From: a virus
Taxonomy: Duplodnaviria > Caudoviricetes
IMG/VR virus record: IMGVR_UViG_3300049926_000007
Location: 1 to 46,270 of that record
Direction: 5' to 3' (one strand)
Length of the DNA: 46,270 nucleotides
Part shown: positions 34,725 to 43,208 of the stretch, in pieces
Layout of the letters: each line of letters starts with the position of its first letter
How positions within the stretch are numbered: the first letter of the stretch is position 1
The notes under the pieces: model-generated
Seen by the model: the letters and a program-made list of their open reading frames with translations, nothing else
Databases searched by the model: none
Told to the model about the DNA's origin: nothing
Made by a program: the position numbers and the translations under genes

Positions 34725-35493
34725 CGTAGTACCTGGTCCTTTCATTGTCGCCAGACTTGACAGCACAGTTGTCTTGCATGATACAGAAAGTGCAGCGGAA
34801 TGCATCATGAGCCGCATACACCTTCTTCCTCATGCCTTCGTACGCCTTTTGATAGCGCGCACCAAGCTCTTCTCTACTCACCTGAGAGAGATCAATCGGA
34901 CGCGCCTTAGCGGCGTCCGGATGCACCATTGCCCAGAGACCCTTGACGTACTGAGAGTCGTGGGGCTGAAGCAGGGCGGCGTATGTCTCAAGCTGAAAGT
35001 TGTTCTTCGGCTTGGACTTGCCACTCTTCCAGTCAACAATCACTGGACCATGCTTCTTGTGCTCACCGAGAACGTCTACATATCCCCTGATGGGAACCTC
35101 GCAACCGGGCAGCATGCCCGATGCGTCCCACTCGACTTCGTGTACGTCGATGTCATCAAGGAACTTGATAGCATTCTCGACACACTTCTTACCCAACTCC
35201 ACGCACTTGTCACCTTGCACTGGATCCCCGAAGGGACCGGCGCTCAGCCAGTCAGCGTGATTGGGATCAATGAGCATCTGCTTCTCTATGAGCGGGTAGA
35301 AGAGATCCTCGAACTTCGGAACCTCAAGCCCGCCCAGATGAGCTTCAACACTTTCGTGCACAACCGTACCCATCGGGAAGAACCACGTCTGTCGCGGCTC
35401 TGCCTTCCTGGCATACTTCAGGTACCACGCACGGGGACAGTCTTCATACTGATTGACCGCGCTGTAACTAAGGTGCTTTGGTAGATACATCAT
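34693..35493 (-). CDS. Cas4/RecB-like PD-(D/E)XK exonuclease
   Basis: LSYS..CPR, GTVVH, GYVD..IVDWKSG, QLETY, C-terminal CTFC....C. Confidence 0.88.
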   Translation of the reverse strand: MMYLPKHLSYSAVNQYEDCPRAWYLKYARKAEPRQTWFFPMGTVVHESVEAHLGGLEVPKFEDLFYPLIEKQMLIDPNHADWLSAGPFGDPVQGDKCVELGKKCVENAIKFLDDIDVHEVEWDASGMLPGCEVPIRGYVDVLGEHKKHGPVIVDWKSGKSKPKNNFQLETYAALLQPHDSQYVKGLWAMVHPDAAKARPIDLSQVSREELGARYQKAYEGMRKKVYAAHDAFRCTFCIMQDNCAVKSGDNERTRYYDDAASVGFPF

Positions 35494-35674
35494 TCTCCAA
35501 CGGAGATGAAAGGGCGGCCTATAGCCTCAAGCGACCGCGAAGGCCTTAGCCAAGAGGGACATAGAGCAGCAGCCAACCTGCTTCACTTCAAGGTAATCAG
35601 TCCTGGTGGAGACAGACCGGGGTGACCGGCGTTTCACTTGGGGTGACCGAGTGATCCTTCACTTGAAGCCTACG

Positions 35675-35754
35675 TTAGTGGGGCTGGAATCGAACCAGCG
35701 TAGCATTTCGCTAGAGTGTGCACAGACCCCGCGCATCCATTGCGCATCCCACTA
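35675..35754 (-). tRNA. Orphan atypical tRNA-like gene (8-nt anticodon loop, long variable arm)
   Basis: tagtggg/cccacta+A; D-arm gcgc-aatggat-gcgc; ggggt-CTGTGCAC-actct; variable arm agc-gaaat-gct; T-arm gctgg-ttcgatt-ccagc. Confidence 0.7.
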
Positions 35755-35757
35755 TTG

Positions 35758-35778
35758 TACCGCCCTTGCGGGGCGGTA
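35758..35778 (-). terminator. GNRA-capped hairpin just upstream of the orphan tRNA-like gene
   Basis: taccgccc-cgcaa-gggcggta on the minus strand. Confidence 0.4.
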
Positions 35779-35785
35779 GTTCCAA

Positions 35786-35998
35786 CTATACAGCAGGCGC
35801 GGGCCGGTTGGCACGCTCTTGAACCTTCGTCAGCAGCATCTCTCTGAGACCTGCCTCACACTTCTTGTGCGACTGATAGTTGAAAGTTGTACTGATCGAT
35901 TCACCCTTGTGGATCGGTTCTTTGCACATGCTGCATGGCGTCTCATGCCTGCAAACGTAGCGGGTGATGCCTCTGGCATGACCCTCATGAATTGGCAT
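35786..35998 (-). CDS. Small zinc-finger protein
   Basis: CSMCKEPIHKGE...HKKC; GGAG SD. Confidence 0.65.
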   Translation of the reverse strand: MPIHEGHARGITRYVCRHETPCSMCKEPIHKGESISTTFNYQSHKKCEAGLREMLLTKVQERANRPAPAV

Positions 35999-36401
35999 CT
36001 GATCTCCGATCGGATGTTGCCGTACCGGAGGCACGGAAAGCATGGTTAGCTTCCACCTTCTTGCGTCCAGTCACAGCGCACGCATCGCAGTAAGTGCCAG
36101 ACTTCACATGCCCGTTGAGGCACTTGTTCTTCATGTTCTTGCGGTTGATTTTGTTGCGGGGACGTAGGCCCCCGCGAATTGTGTAGTAAAGATCAACATC
36201 TCTAGCGTCGTCCAGGCATTCTTGACGCACTGGGCAGGCGTTGCAGACGGCTTGAGCCTTCTCGATGTGCAGTTCATTGGCTCCGAAGCGCTCTTCAAGG
36301 TCGAGACCCGCAGCGAGCGGGTCATCTTCCATCAGAGTTTCGAACCAGTAGGTAGGCTTACCCGCACATCTTGCACGGTATCGCCACATGTTGGTAGTCA
36401 C
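35985..36401 (-). CDS. whiB: WhiB-family transcription factor with extra C-terminal Cys/His motif
   Basis: WRYRARC...AQAVCNACPVRQECL...IRGGL; then CLNGH..CDAC. Confidence 0.85.
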   Translation of the reverse strand: MTTNMWRYRARCAGKPTYWFETLMEDDPLAAGLDLEERFGANELHIEKAQAVCNACPVRQECLDDARDVDLYYTIRGGLRPRNKINRKNMKNKCLNGHVKSGTYCDACAVTGRKKVEANHAFRASGTATSDRRSDANS

Positions 36402-36427
36402 GTGTCCCTTTGCTGTAGAATGGACGT

Positions 36428-37192
36428 ATGGTAAAGACCACTGTAGTACTGCCCGATATTCAGTACCCCTTCCATGATGAGCTAATGCTTAGCAAGATCA
36501 TTAAGGTCATCAAGGAGGTACAGCCTGACGCCATCTTTCAGATTGGTGATGGCATCGACTTCCCGACGGTCAGTCGCTGGTCAAAGGGTACGGCATCAGA
36601 GTATGCGCCTGTCCTCCAAGAGCACATCGACGGCTTTGTCAACGAAGTGCTTAAGCCTCTGAGAGAGGTTGCGCCGGACAGTGAAATCACGTGGCTTGAG
36701 GGTAACCACGATCTCAGGCTTCGCGAGTTTGTAAACCAGTACGCTGCACCACTTTCCACACTCCGCGCACTGACCACGCAAAACCTCTTCGGGCTTGATG
36801 CCATGGACATCACGTACGTCAGAGGACCAGTGCGGGTTGCAACCAACACTTACGCAGTACATGGTCACGAATCCGCTGGATATAGTGGGACTCCGCAGGC
36901 TTGGGATAACAAGTTCATCAAGCGTTATGGGTCCGACAAGAACATCATCTTCGGACACACCCATCAGCCCTACCTCCTCACTCGTGCTTACGGTTTCGAC
37001 GGGAAGGTAACTCCCCGCTTTAGCATGAACGTTGGGTCCATCATGGATCCGACTCACGCTAAGTATGTGAAGGATGGCGCAGTGTCTTGGACCATGTCTT
37101 TCGCGCTACTGCACGATGATGGCAAGCGCACCTATCCCGAGCTTGTCCTTGCGGACAACCGTCAGTTCATGTTCCAGGGAGTTAAGCACTGA
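36428..37192 (+). CDS. Calcineurin-like metallophosphoesterase
   Basis: PDIQ, GDGID, GNHD, VHGH, GHTH. Confidence 0.9.
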   Translation: MVKTTVVLPDIQYPFHDELMLSKIIKVIKEVQPDAIFQIGDGIDFPTVSRWSKGTASEYAPVLQEHIDGFVNEVLKPLREVAPDSEITWLEGNHDLRLREFVNQYAAPLSTLRALTTQNLFGLDAMDITYVRGPVRVATNTYAVHGHESAGYSGTPQAWDNKFIKRYGSDKNIIFGHTHQPYLLTRAYGFDGKVTPRFSMNVGSIMDPTHAKYVKDGAVSWTMSFALLHDDGKRTYPELVLADNRQFMFQGVKH

Positions 37193-37872
37193 TGAGTCTA
37201 GATCCAAACAAGTTCAAGCCGATGATTCGGCAGATCGCCCGGAGCGTCAGCGCTCAGTTCCCTAACTCCGTAAGCGCTGACGACACCGAGCAAGCGCTGT
37301 ACGTCTGGCTGCTTGAGAACAAGGCCAGTGTTTCAAATGCGGTAGCGGACGGGCCCGATTGGGAGCCCAAGATAGCATCTACCATGCGCAAGGTGGCCTT
37401 TAGCCACTGCGCCCAGGAAAAGGCCGCCATTGAAGGTTACTCCGTTGACGACATCTACAAGTATAGCGTTCCGAAGGTACGTAACCTTCTTGAGGATGTC
37501 TTCAGCTACGAGAGCTGGCAGACGTTTGGTCTGACCGGCGACGGTCAGCCCACAGCGAAGGGTCTAGCCAATCGAACTGGCGACCGCATTGCAGAGCTTG
37601 TGGACGTCAAGATCGCAGTAGAGTCCATGCCTGATGAGACATACAACCTGCTCGTCTGGCAGTACAAGTACCATTACAGCATGGAGCAGCTCGCTGAGGC
37701 GTTTGACCTCACCATGGAAGCGGCGAAGAAGCGCTCTCAGCGGGCCGTCAAGGCTCTACAGAAGCGCCTAGGACACAAGGCCCCAGCGGAGACGCCCAAG
37801 CCCGTAGGCAGGCGTACAGTACGCACCAATGCAGCGGCAAGGTATGCACTATCGACCCAGTACGAAGGATGA
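37192..37872 (+). CDS. Sigma70-like transcription factor (region 4 HTH)
   Basis: DDTEQ..WLL; SMEQLAEAFDLTMEAAKKRSQRAV. Confidence 0.7.
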   Translation: MSLDPNKFKPMIRQIARSVSAQFPNSVSADDTEQALYVWLLENKASVSNAVADGPDWEPKIASTMRKVAFSHCAQEKAAIEGYSVDDIYKYSVPKVRNLLEDVFSYESWQTFGLTGDGQPTAKGLANRTGDRIAELVDVKIAVESMPDETYNLLVWQYKYHYSMEQLAEAFDLTMEAAKKRSQRAVKALQKRLGHKAPAETPKPVGRRTVRTNAAARYALSTQYEG

Positions 37873-37900
37873 TATGTTCAGGCACGAGGAGAGGAAGTTC

Positions 37901-38326
37901 ATGACGTACGAGACCGCACTAGAGAAGGAGAAGCGCCTCTACGAGGAGGCTCGCTCTCTCAAGTTCAAGGCACGAGAGCTGCGCAAGGCGCGGATCTACA
38001 AGGAAGCTCAGCTTGACGGGCTGAAGAGGGCGAGTGAAACCGCCCAGGCGCGAGAGCTAAAGGCGAAGAACGATGCCGAGAAGCTCAAGCAGGCCAAGCT
38101 GCAGCTTGACTCACGCATCAAGAAGGTGCTGCTCAACTTCGCTCAGGATATGAAGGACAATGGCCTAGCCATCAAGGGTCCTGAGCTGTACGGAGACAAG
38201 ATGGATGCGTTCACCATCCTAGATCAGTCCACCTGGCAGCCGGATAGCGACCGATGGACTCACGCTCTCAAGCACCCTGAGGTGGCTCTCCGCTTTGTTG
38301 GCGGGAAGGGCTTTGAGTGGGACTAA
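37901..38326 (+). CDS. Hypothetical coiled-coil protein
   Basis: GAGGAG SD, K/E/A-rich heptads. Confidence 0.7.
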   Translation: MTYETALEKEKRLYEEARSLKFKARELRKARIYKEAQLDGLKRASETAQARELKAKNDAEKLKQAKLQLDSRIKKVLLNFAQDMKDNGLAIKGPELYGDKMDAFTILDQSTWQPDSDRWTHALKHPEVALRFVGGKGFEWD

Positions 38327-38363
38327 AGTTCGGTGAATGAGGGCAGATGACTGCCCTCAAACA

Positions 38364-38528
38364 TCAAGCCTTAGGCTTGCGCTCATCTATGAGGTCTCGG
38401 ATCTTGTGATCCGGGGCCTCTACCTCTAGCAGGAAGATGATCTCGTCAACCCACTTCTCAGCGAGGACGCGCCTGTAACGCTCATAGCCAAGACTGGCTA
38501 TGAGTATAACTGTTGTCAAGATCCACAT
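38364..38528 (-). CDS. Small membrane protein (54 aa, not in ORF track)
   Basis: MWILTTVILIASLGYERYRR...; TAATG coupling. Confidence 0.6.
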   Translation of the reverse strand: MWILTTVILIASLGYERYRRVLAEKWVDEIIFLLEVEAPDHKIRDLIDERKPKA

Positions 38529-39094
38529 TAGCGCGTCTCTCTCCTGTAGTACTTCTTCAGGCCAGCGTTGCTTTCAGCGTTCAAGATGAGGCTGCCCTTC
38601 TTTCGCAGCAGCACACACTTTTCGGCGACAGCAAGTATCTCATACTCGTACATCCGCTGGAAGGCGGAGAGGCGATCCCCAACCTTCCACCCGTCTGCAT
38701 TGACGCCCGGTTCACCTGGGCGTGGCTTGCTCTTGTCCTTGCGGTTGTCCACAGACTCCGTGACGATGCGCCAGAAGCCGTCAGACTGGCACGTAAGGCT
38801 GCCATAGGTGCTGTCTGAGGTAACTATCCAGGCAACCTCTTGGGCGCCCGCCTTCCGTCCCCAGAACGCCTTTCCCATCCAACCCACATAGTGGATCTTA
38901 GTGCTAAGAGGCGTCTTGAACCCAACGCCCACCTTCAATGGCATAGGGGCGTCTTCAACGCCCCTGGTCCACATGTCGTAGATGCCATCAATGATGAGCT
39001 TGCCGAGTTCTTCGGCGGTTCTCTCCTCGTTCTTCTCATCGGAAAGCCAGTCGGCTACCCGCTGAATCTGAGTCGATCTATTCGGGATCGCCAT
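38528..39094 (-). CDS. Hypothetical protein
   Basis: GGGGAG SD before MAIPNRS. Confidence 0.75.
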   Translation of the reverse strand: MAIPNRSTQIQRVADWLSDEKNEERTAEELGKLIIDGIYDMWTRGVEDAPMPLKVGVGFKTPLSTKIHYVGWMGKAFWGRKAGAQEVAWIVTSDSTYGSLTCQSDGFWRIVTESVDNRKDKSKPRPGEPGVNADGWKVGDRLSAFQRMYEYEILAVAEKCVLLRKKGSLILNAESNAGLKKYYRRETR

Positions 39095-39305
39095 CCCACT
39101 CCCCAAAGTTGACAACACGTTCGCTTGTCGCCTTCATGACGGGGCGCACCTTGACTTCGTAGATGAAACGCTCTATGTAGCCCGCGTCCTCTTCCGAGAG
39201 GACACGGATGTGCTGCTCAGCGTCATCGTAAGTGGGCAACCTGTAGCTGGACGCAGCGAACGTCCAATTATTGCTAGTGCTTACAACGTAGAAAGTCCGA
39301 TCCAC
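39078..39305 (-). CDS. Hypothetical protein
   Basis: GGAG SD before GTG. Confidence 0.6.
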   Translation of the reverse strand: MDRTFYVVSTSNNWTFAASSYRLPTYDDAEQHIRVLSEEDAGYIERFIYEVKVRPVMKATSERVVNFGEWDGDPE

Positions 39306-39395
39306 CGTTCTCCAATCATTGATCCACAAAGGTGCAGGGAGGGAGAGCAACCCTGCACCCGTGAGGACCAACCTTAGAGGTTGGGTCCTGTTTAG

Positions 39396-39827
39396 CTAGT
39401 TGTCGCCCTTCCAGGCCTTAGCGCGCTCAAGGGCGTAGCCCCAGCTGTCGCCACGGTCCTGAAGAGACTGAGCAAGCGCGATGACCGCGATGGCATCTGC
39501 CGTCACTCCGCCCAAGACATCAGTGTCAACGAGGCGGTCCAGGAGAACATCAGAACCGGACTCGTTGTTGTTGGTAAGCATGATCTGCTTGAGAGAGACT
39601 CCGCCCTTAACGAGCGCGGCTCCAACGAGGCAGCCAGGAGTCCACTCCTCTTCAGGCGTGTCCACGAGTCCACCGTCACTCAGTTCAGCGACTTCGGTGC
39701 CATGGACGTAGCGGCATTCTGCCGCGTGCTCCTCCTGGTGATAGACAAAGCTATCACCACGCTCGGCAACAGCCTCGCTCATCAACTTGATGGCGAGAGT
39801 CTTGTCAAGCTTCTGAATTACGGGCAT
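39396..39827 (-). CDS. Early protein, paralog family A
   Basis: CRY..GCLVG..AQSLQDRGDSWGYA. Confidence 0.75.
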   Translation of the reverse strand: MPVIQKLDKTLAIKLMSEAVAERGDSFVYHQEEHAAECRYVHGTEVAELSDGGLVDTPEEEWTPGCLVGAALVKGGVSLKQIMLTNNNESGSDVLLDRLVDTDVLGGVTADAIAVIALAQSLQDRGDSWGYALERAKAWKGDN

Positions 39828-39831
39828 GATG

Positions 39832-39954
39832 CTACTTCCTTGTTGAGTGAGTCGTGTGATGCGGCTGGTTCTGCGGCGCCTTAGAGGCGCCGTATGCAGC
39901 TCCGAAGAACACCAGAATGATGATGATCGTGATAGACCAACCGGTGTTACTCAT
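39832..39954 (-). CDS. 40-aa membrane microprotein
   Basis: MSNTGWSITIIIILVFFGAAYG...; ATGA overlap, GGAG SD. Confidence 0.55.
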   Translation of the reverse strand: MSNTGWSITIIIILVFFGAAYGASKAPQNQPHHTTHSTRK

Positions 39955-40058
39955 GTATATACTCCAACCGCATGAACGATCACGGCGCCGGTAACGGCGG
40001 CCGCGATGAACAGCATCACCAACATGAAGGTGAATGCTTCATCACTCATGTTCTTCAT
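39951..40058 (-). CDS. 35-aa membrane microprotein
   Basis: MKNMSDEAFTFMLVMLFIAAAVTGAVIVHAVGVYT; AAAGGGAGAG SD. Confidence 0.6.
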   Translation of the reverse strand: MKNMSDEAFTFMLVMLFIAAAVTGAVIVHAVGVYT

Positions 40059-40122
40059 GCTTATCTCTCCCTTTGTAGTCCGAATGGACATGAATGAGGC
40101 CACAGTGTGGCCTCAAACACGA

Positions 40123-40839
40123 CTACTCGGCGATGTGATCGTTGAAGTTGCTACCGTTGTTGGTGTTCAGCTCTGCGAAGTCACTCTTCTTCTCTGCGTG
40201 GATGGCGCTGATCCAAGTGGCGCCACTGGCAGACATCTTCCAGAGCTTACCGTCGGTCTGAGCGTACCAGACGGACGGACCGAGGTCGAACTGAGCGGTG
40301 AAGGTGTAGAACTTGCCTGCCTTCACCTTGTTCGGAGTCCAGATCTTCCAGGATCCCAGGATCTCGGATGCCTTATTGACGGCAGGATGGGACTCGCCAG
40401 AGGGCACGAACTGGCCACTGCCAACGCGACCCTCTTCAGAGATCCAATACAACTCACCGGCCATCGACACACTTGAGATGACCTTGAGGGCGATGGCGGA
40501 GGCGAAGGCGCCGCGCAGGATCGTGCCGATCCTGACACCAGACGCGGGCTGAGCGAGATACTCCTTCCACGCATCATTCAGCGCGTAGGAACCCACACTG
40601 GTGTCATCGGTGTATCCGCTCTCAAAGCCATAACCCCTGGCCTTGACGTTGTTGATGCCGAGAGCCCTCAGGCCATCATCGTACTCACCGTAGAGCTGAC
40701 CGACGATGCAGCGAGTCGTGGACGCAAGACTGAGATTGTGCGTGTCGATCTCGCTACGCCAGTCGTCGTCCCGCATGGTGTCGAGGAATGCTCCACCGAC
40801 AGCGACGACCTTCTTGGCGGTGTCTGTTTCGTTGCTCAT
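40123..40839 (-). CDS. Hypothetical early protein (CIVGQLYG motif)
   Basis: AAAGGGAGAGAAA SD before MSNETD. Confidence 0.75.
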   Translation of the reverse strand: MSNETDTAKKVVAVGGAFLDTMRDDDWRSEIDTHNLSLASTTRCIVGQLYGEYDDGLRALGINNVKARGYGFESGYTDDTSVGSYALNDAWKEYLAQPASGVRIGTILRGAFASAIALKVISSVSMAGELYWISEEGRVGSGQFVPSGESHPAVNKASEILGSWKIWTPNKVKAGKFYTFTAQFDLGPSVWYAQTDGKLWKMSASGATWISAIHAEKKSDFAELNTNNGSNFNDHIAE

Positions 40840-40909
40840 GATTTTCTCTCCCTTTTCCTTGCTCGCTTGAGTCAAGGTGAATGAGGACACAGGGTGTCCT
40901 CAAACATCA

Positions 40910-41326
40910 TCACTCAGAGAACATGCCACCCTTGACCTGATCCAGCACGAGGTCATGGCCCTCGAATCCCAATCGAGTCATCGCAACATCCTTCTCGACC
41001 ATGGTCATGCCGCTCGACTTCTCGAAGTCTCCATGGGTCTGCTCAAGGCGAAGATTCGCCTCAAGGTCTTCCATGGCTTCGCCAAGAGTTCCCTCGCCGA
41101 CGTAAACAACGAGCGTCAGGAATACCGGAGGGATCGCGGCCTGCCTGCCCGCGAGGGCAGCCGCAAGCTGACGAATCGCAGCCATGGGGTCGGCAAACTC
41201 GGGGTTCGCACCAGTAACCACCGCAAAGTCGCCAACATAGTTGACCACCCGAAGCGGCTGACCCTCGGCGAAGCCATCACGCACGTCGTTGCGCACGTGG
41301 ATGGGGCAAGTACTGGTTCCACACAT
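40910..41326 (-). CDS. Hypothetical early protein
   Basis: AAAGGGAGAGAAA SD before MCGTSTCPIH. Confidence 0.7.
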   Translation of the reverse strand: MCGTSTCPIHVRNDVRDGFAEGQPLRVVNYVGDFAVVTGANPEFADPMAAIRQLAAALAGRQAAIPPVFLTLVVYVGEGTLGEAMEDLEANLRLEQTHGDFEKSSGMTMVEKDVAMTRLGFEGHDLVLDQVKGGMFSE

Positions 41327-41454
41327 GTTTCTCTCCCTTTGTTTACGTTCGTGAGCTACGCTCACGCACTATCTAGTGAGTTTGCGTAGCAAACTAACGC
41401 AGTTTCCCTGCTGAATGCAAGGTGAATGAGGACACAGAGTGTCCTCAAACATCA

Positions 41455-41661
41455 TCACTCAGAAGGCGTGCGAACGACCAGATCGAGGAAGTTAATCACT
41501 CCCTGATGGCGCTGCGTCACGACGTCCTTGACGTCTTCCACGTAGTAGCCCTTGCTGCGACCAAGAGTCACGGCAGGCGGAAGATCCTTGACATAGCCAC
41601 GGATGACTGCATCCGTGGTGTCCAGAAGCTTTGCCAGCTCAGCAATGGTCTTGATGTTCAT
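41455..41661 (-). CDS. Small helix-turn-helix DNA-binding protein
   Basis: TIAELAKLLDTTDAVIRGY; strong SD. Confidence 0.65.
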   Translation of the reverse strand: MNIKTIAELAKLLDTTDAVIRGYVKDLPPAVTLGRSKGYYVEDVKDVVTQRHQGVINFLDLVVRTPSE

Positions 41662-41730
41662 ATTCTCTCCCTTGTCGATCTATGAGTAGATCTGAATGGA
41701 GCCAGAAGGACTGGCTCCAAACACACTCAC

Positions 41731-42117
41731 TCAGAGAGCGCGGTCATAGGCTTCGCCCCACGGGATTCCGTTGTCCTGGTAGGACTGGATACGCGTGAGG
41801 AACTTCGATGCCTTGACGTCAAAGTCCAGCAGGTCGTCACGGCGCAGGTTCTCCATGACGGCGTCGGCGACACCGGTGGAGTAACGGTTCTCGGCGTCCT
41901 CGTCGGCAACGTACTCCATGCTCTCGACAGGAACGCCGAGCTTGGCGAACACGCGGCCAACGATGCAGTCAGCCTTGCCGTCCTTGGCATACAGGCAGGC
42001 AGGCCCCTGGTTGGCGACGAGACGCCCGTCATGGCGACCGTAAACGAAGTCTGCACCCTCGGCCTTGATCTCGGCCTTAACAATGGCGTCGACTTCGGCG
42101 AACGTAACGTGCTTCAT
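41731..42117 (-). CDS. Early protein, paralog family A
   Basis: CLY..DCIVG..IQSYQDNGIPWGEA. Confidence 0.75.
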   Translation of the reverse strand: MKHVTFAEVDAIVKAEIKAEGADFVYGRHDGRLVANQGPACLYAKDGKADCIVGRVFAKLGVPVESMEYVADEDAENRYSTGVADAVMENLRRDDLLDFDVKASKFLTRIQSYQDNGIPWGEAYDRAL

Positions 42118-42198
42118 GTCTGTTCTCTCCCTTTGTTTTCAGCATCTGTGATGCTGCTAATGCCGCCATCGGAGATGGCGACAAAAGGTAGTCACAGA

Positions 42199-42618
42199 CT
42201 AGTGCCGCATGGCCGCGAGAACGGCCCTCATGCCAGCAATGCGCTCCGAGTTGAGTGGCGCAGTCCACCAGCCATTGTCCTCGTAAGCCTCGATCGGCAG
42301 ATCTTCCGCGATGTGCGCGATCTGCTTGAAGCTCAGGCTGTAGGTGTCGTTCAACGATGAGAAGAAGCTCTGCGCGTTGAACGACATCAGCTTTTCGCTG
42401 ACGAACGCATTGACCGGGCAGGTCGCGGAGTCGTCGTAAAGGCCGTCATCAACCACCTTGTAGCCGTTCAGGACGCCATAGACTCCCAAGCAGCAATGGG
42501 CCACTTCACCGCCCCCAATGGGAGCGACAAGCATGCCGTTGGTCTGCTTGTAGTCGCCGCTCCGAAGAGCGGCAATCCACTCGTTGACCTGGCTCTGAGT
42601 GATGTTGGTCAGAGGCAT
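42199..42618 (-). CDS. Early protein, paralog family B
   Basis: WIAALRSGDYKQ..HCCLGV..LND..FKQIA. Confidence 0.75.
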   Translation of the reverse strand: MPLTNITQSQVNEWIAALRSGDYKQTNGMLVAPIGGGEVAHCCLGVYGVLNGYKVVDDGLYDDSATCPVNAFVSEKLMSFNAQSFFSSLNDTYSLSFKQIAHIAEDLPIEAYEDNGWWTAPLNSERIAGMRAVLAAMRH

Positions 42619-42696
42619 TTTCTCTCCCTTTGGTCTGGGCTGTGATGCCCCTACAACCACCCGCCGAAGCGGGTGGCTCTAAGTAGTCACAGACCA

Positions 42697-43131
42697 CTAG
42701 CCGTTGTTCGTGCTCCCGATGGTCAGACCCTTCTTGAAGTCATACATCTTGTCCGCGTTCTCGACCCACCAGGAAGCATCCTGGAAGGCGGTGAGAGGCA
42801 GCCACTGGACCACGTTGGCGATCTGCTGGAAGTTCAGGTGGAGCGCGTCGTTCAACTCCGAGAAAAGGTGCTGCGCGCCCGTGGTCATCATGCTGGACGG
42901 AACGAAAGAGTTCTCGTTGAAGTCAGACAGGCCATTCAGCCCGCCGTGCTCACCGATCTCTCCGCCATTCAGGACACCGTAGACGCCCAAGCAGCAGTGG
43001 GCTGCCTGGCAAACGCCATCATTGAAGCCAGTGATGGTCGCCAAAGCGCCCGTGGTCTGCTTGTAGTCGCCGCTCCGAAGAGCGCGGACCCACTCGTTGA
43101 CCTGATCCCGGGTGATCTCACTGTTAGGCAT
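42697..43131 (-). CDS. Early protein, paralog family B
   Basis: WVRALRSGDYKQ..HCCLGV..LND..FQQIA. Confidence 0.75.
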   Translation of the reverse strand: MPNSEITRDQVNEWVRALRSGDYKQTTGALATITGFNDGVCQAAHCCLGVYGVLNGGEIGEHGGLNGLSDFNENSFVPSSMMTTGAQHLFSELNDALHLNFQQIANVVQWLPLTAFQDASWWVENADKMYDFKKGLTIGSTNNG

Positions 43132-43208
43132 TTTCTCTCCCTTTTCAACATCTCTATGATGCTGCTAATGCCGCCATCGGGGATGGCGACAAAAGGTAGT
43201 CATAGCGA

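Noticed and set aside
34687-35484. Long antisense ORF opposite the exonuclease (and similar shadow ORFs elsewhere)
   Set aside because: Expected from codon bias in a GC-rich genome; no motifs or SD
34693-35493. Cas4-like gene as evidence of a CRISPR-Cas system
   Set aside because: Solo Cas4/RecB-like nucleases are common in actinophages; no cas1/cas2 and no repeat-spacer array seen
38490-38520. Minus-strand TTGACA and the ctcatagcca/tggctatgag palindrome as a promoter/operator
   Set aside because: They lie inside a plausible coupled CDS (38364-38528) and the -10 is weak; unresolved
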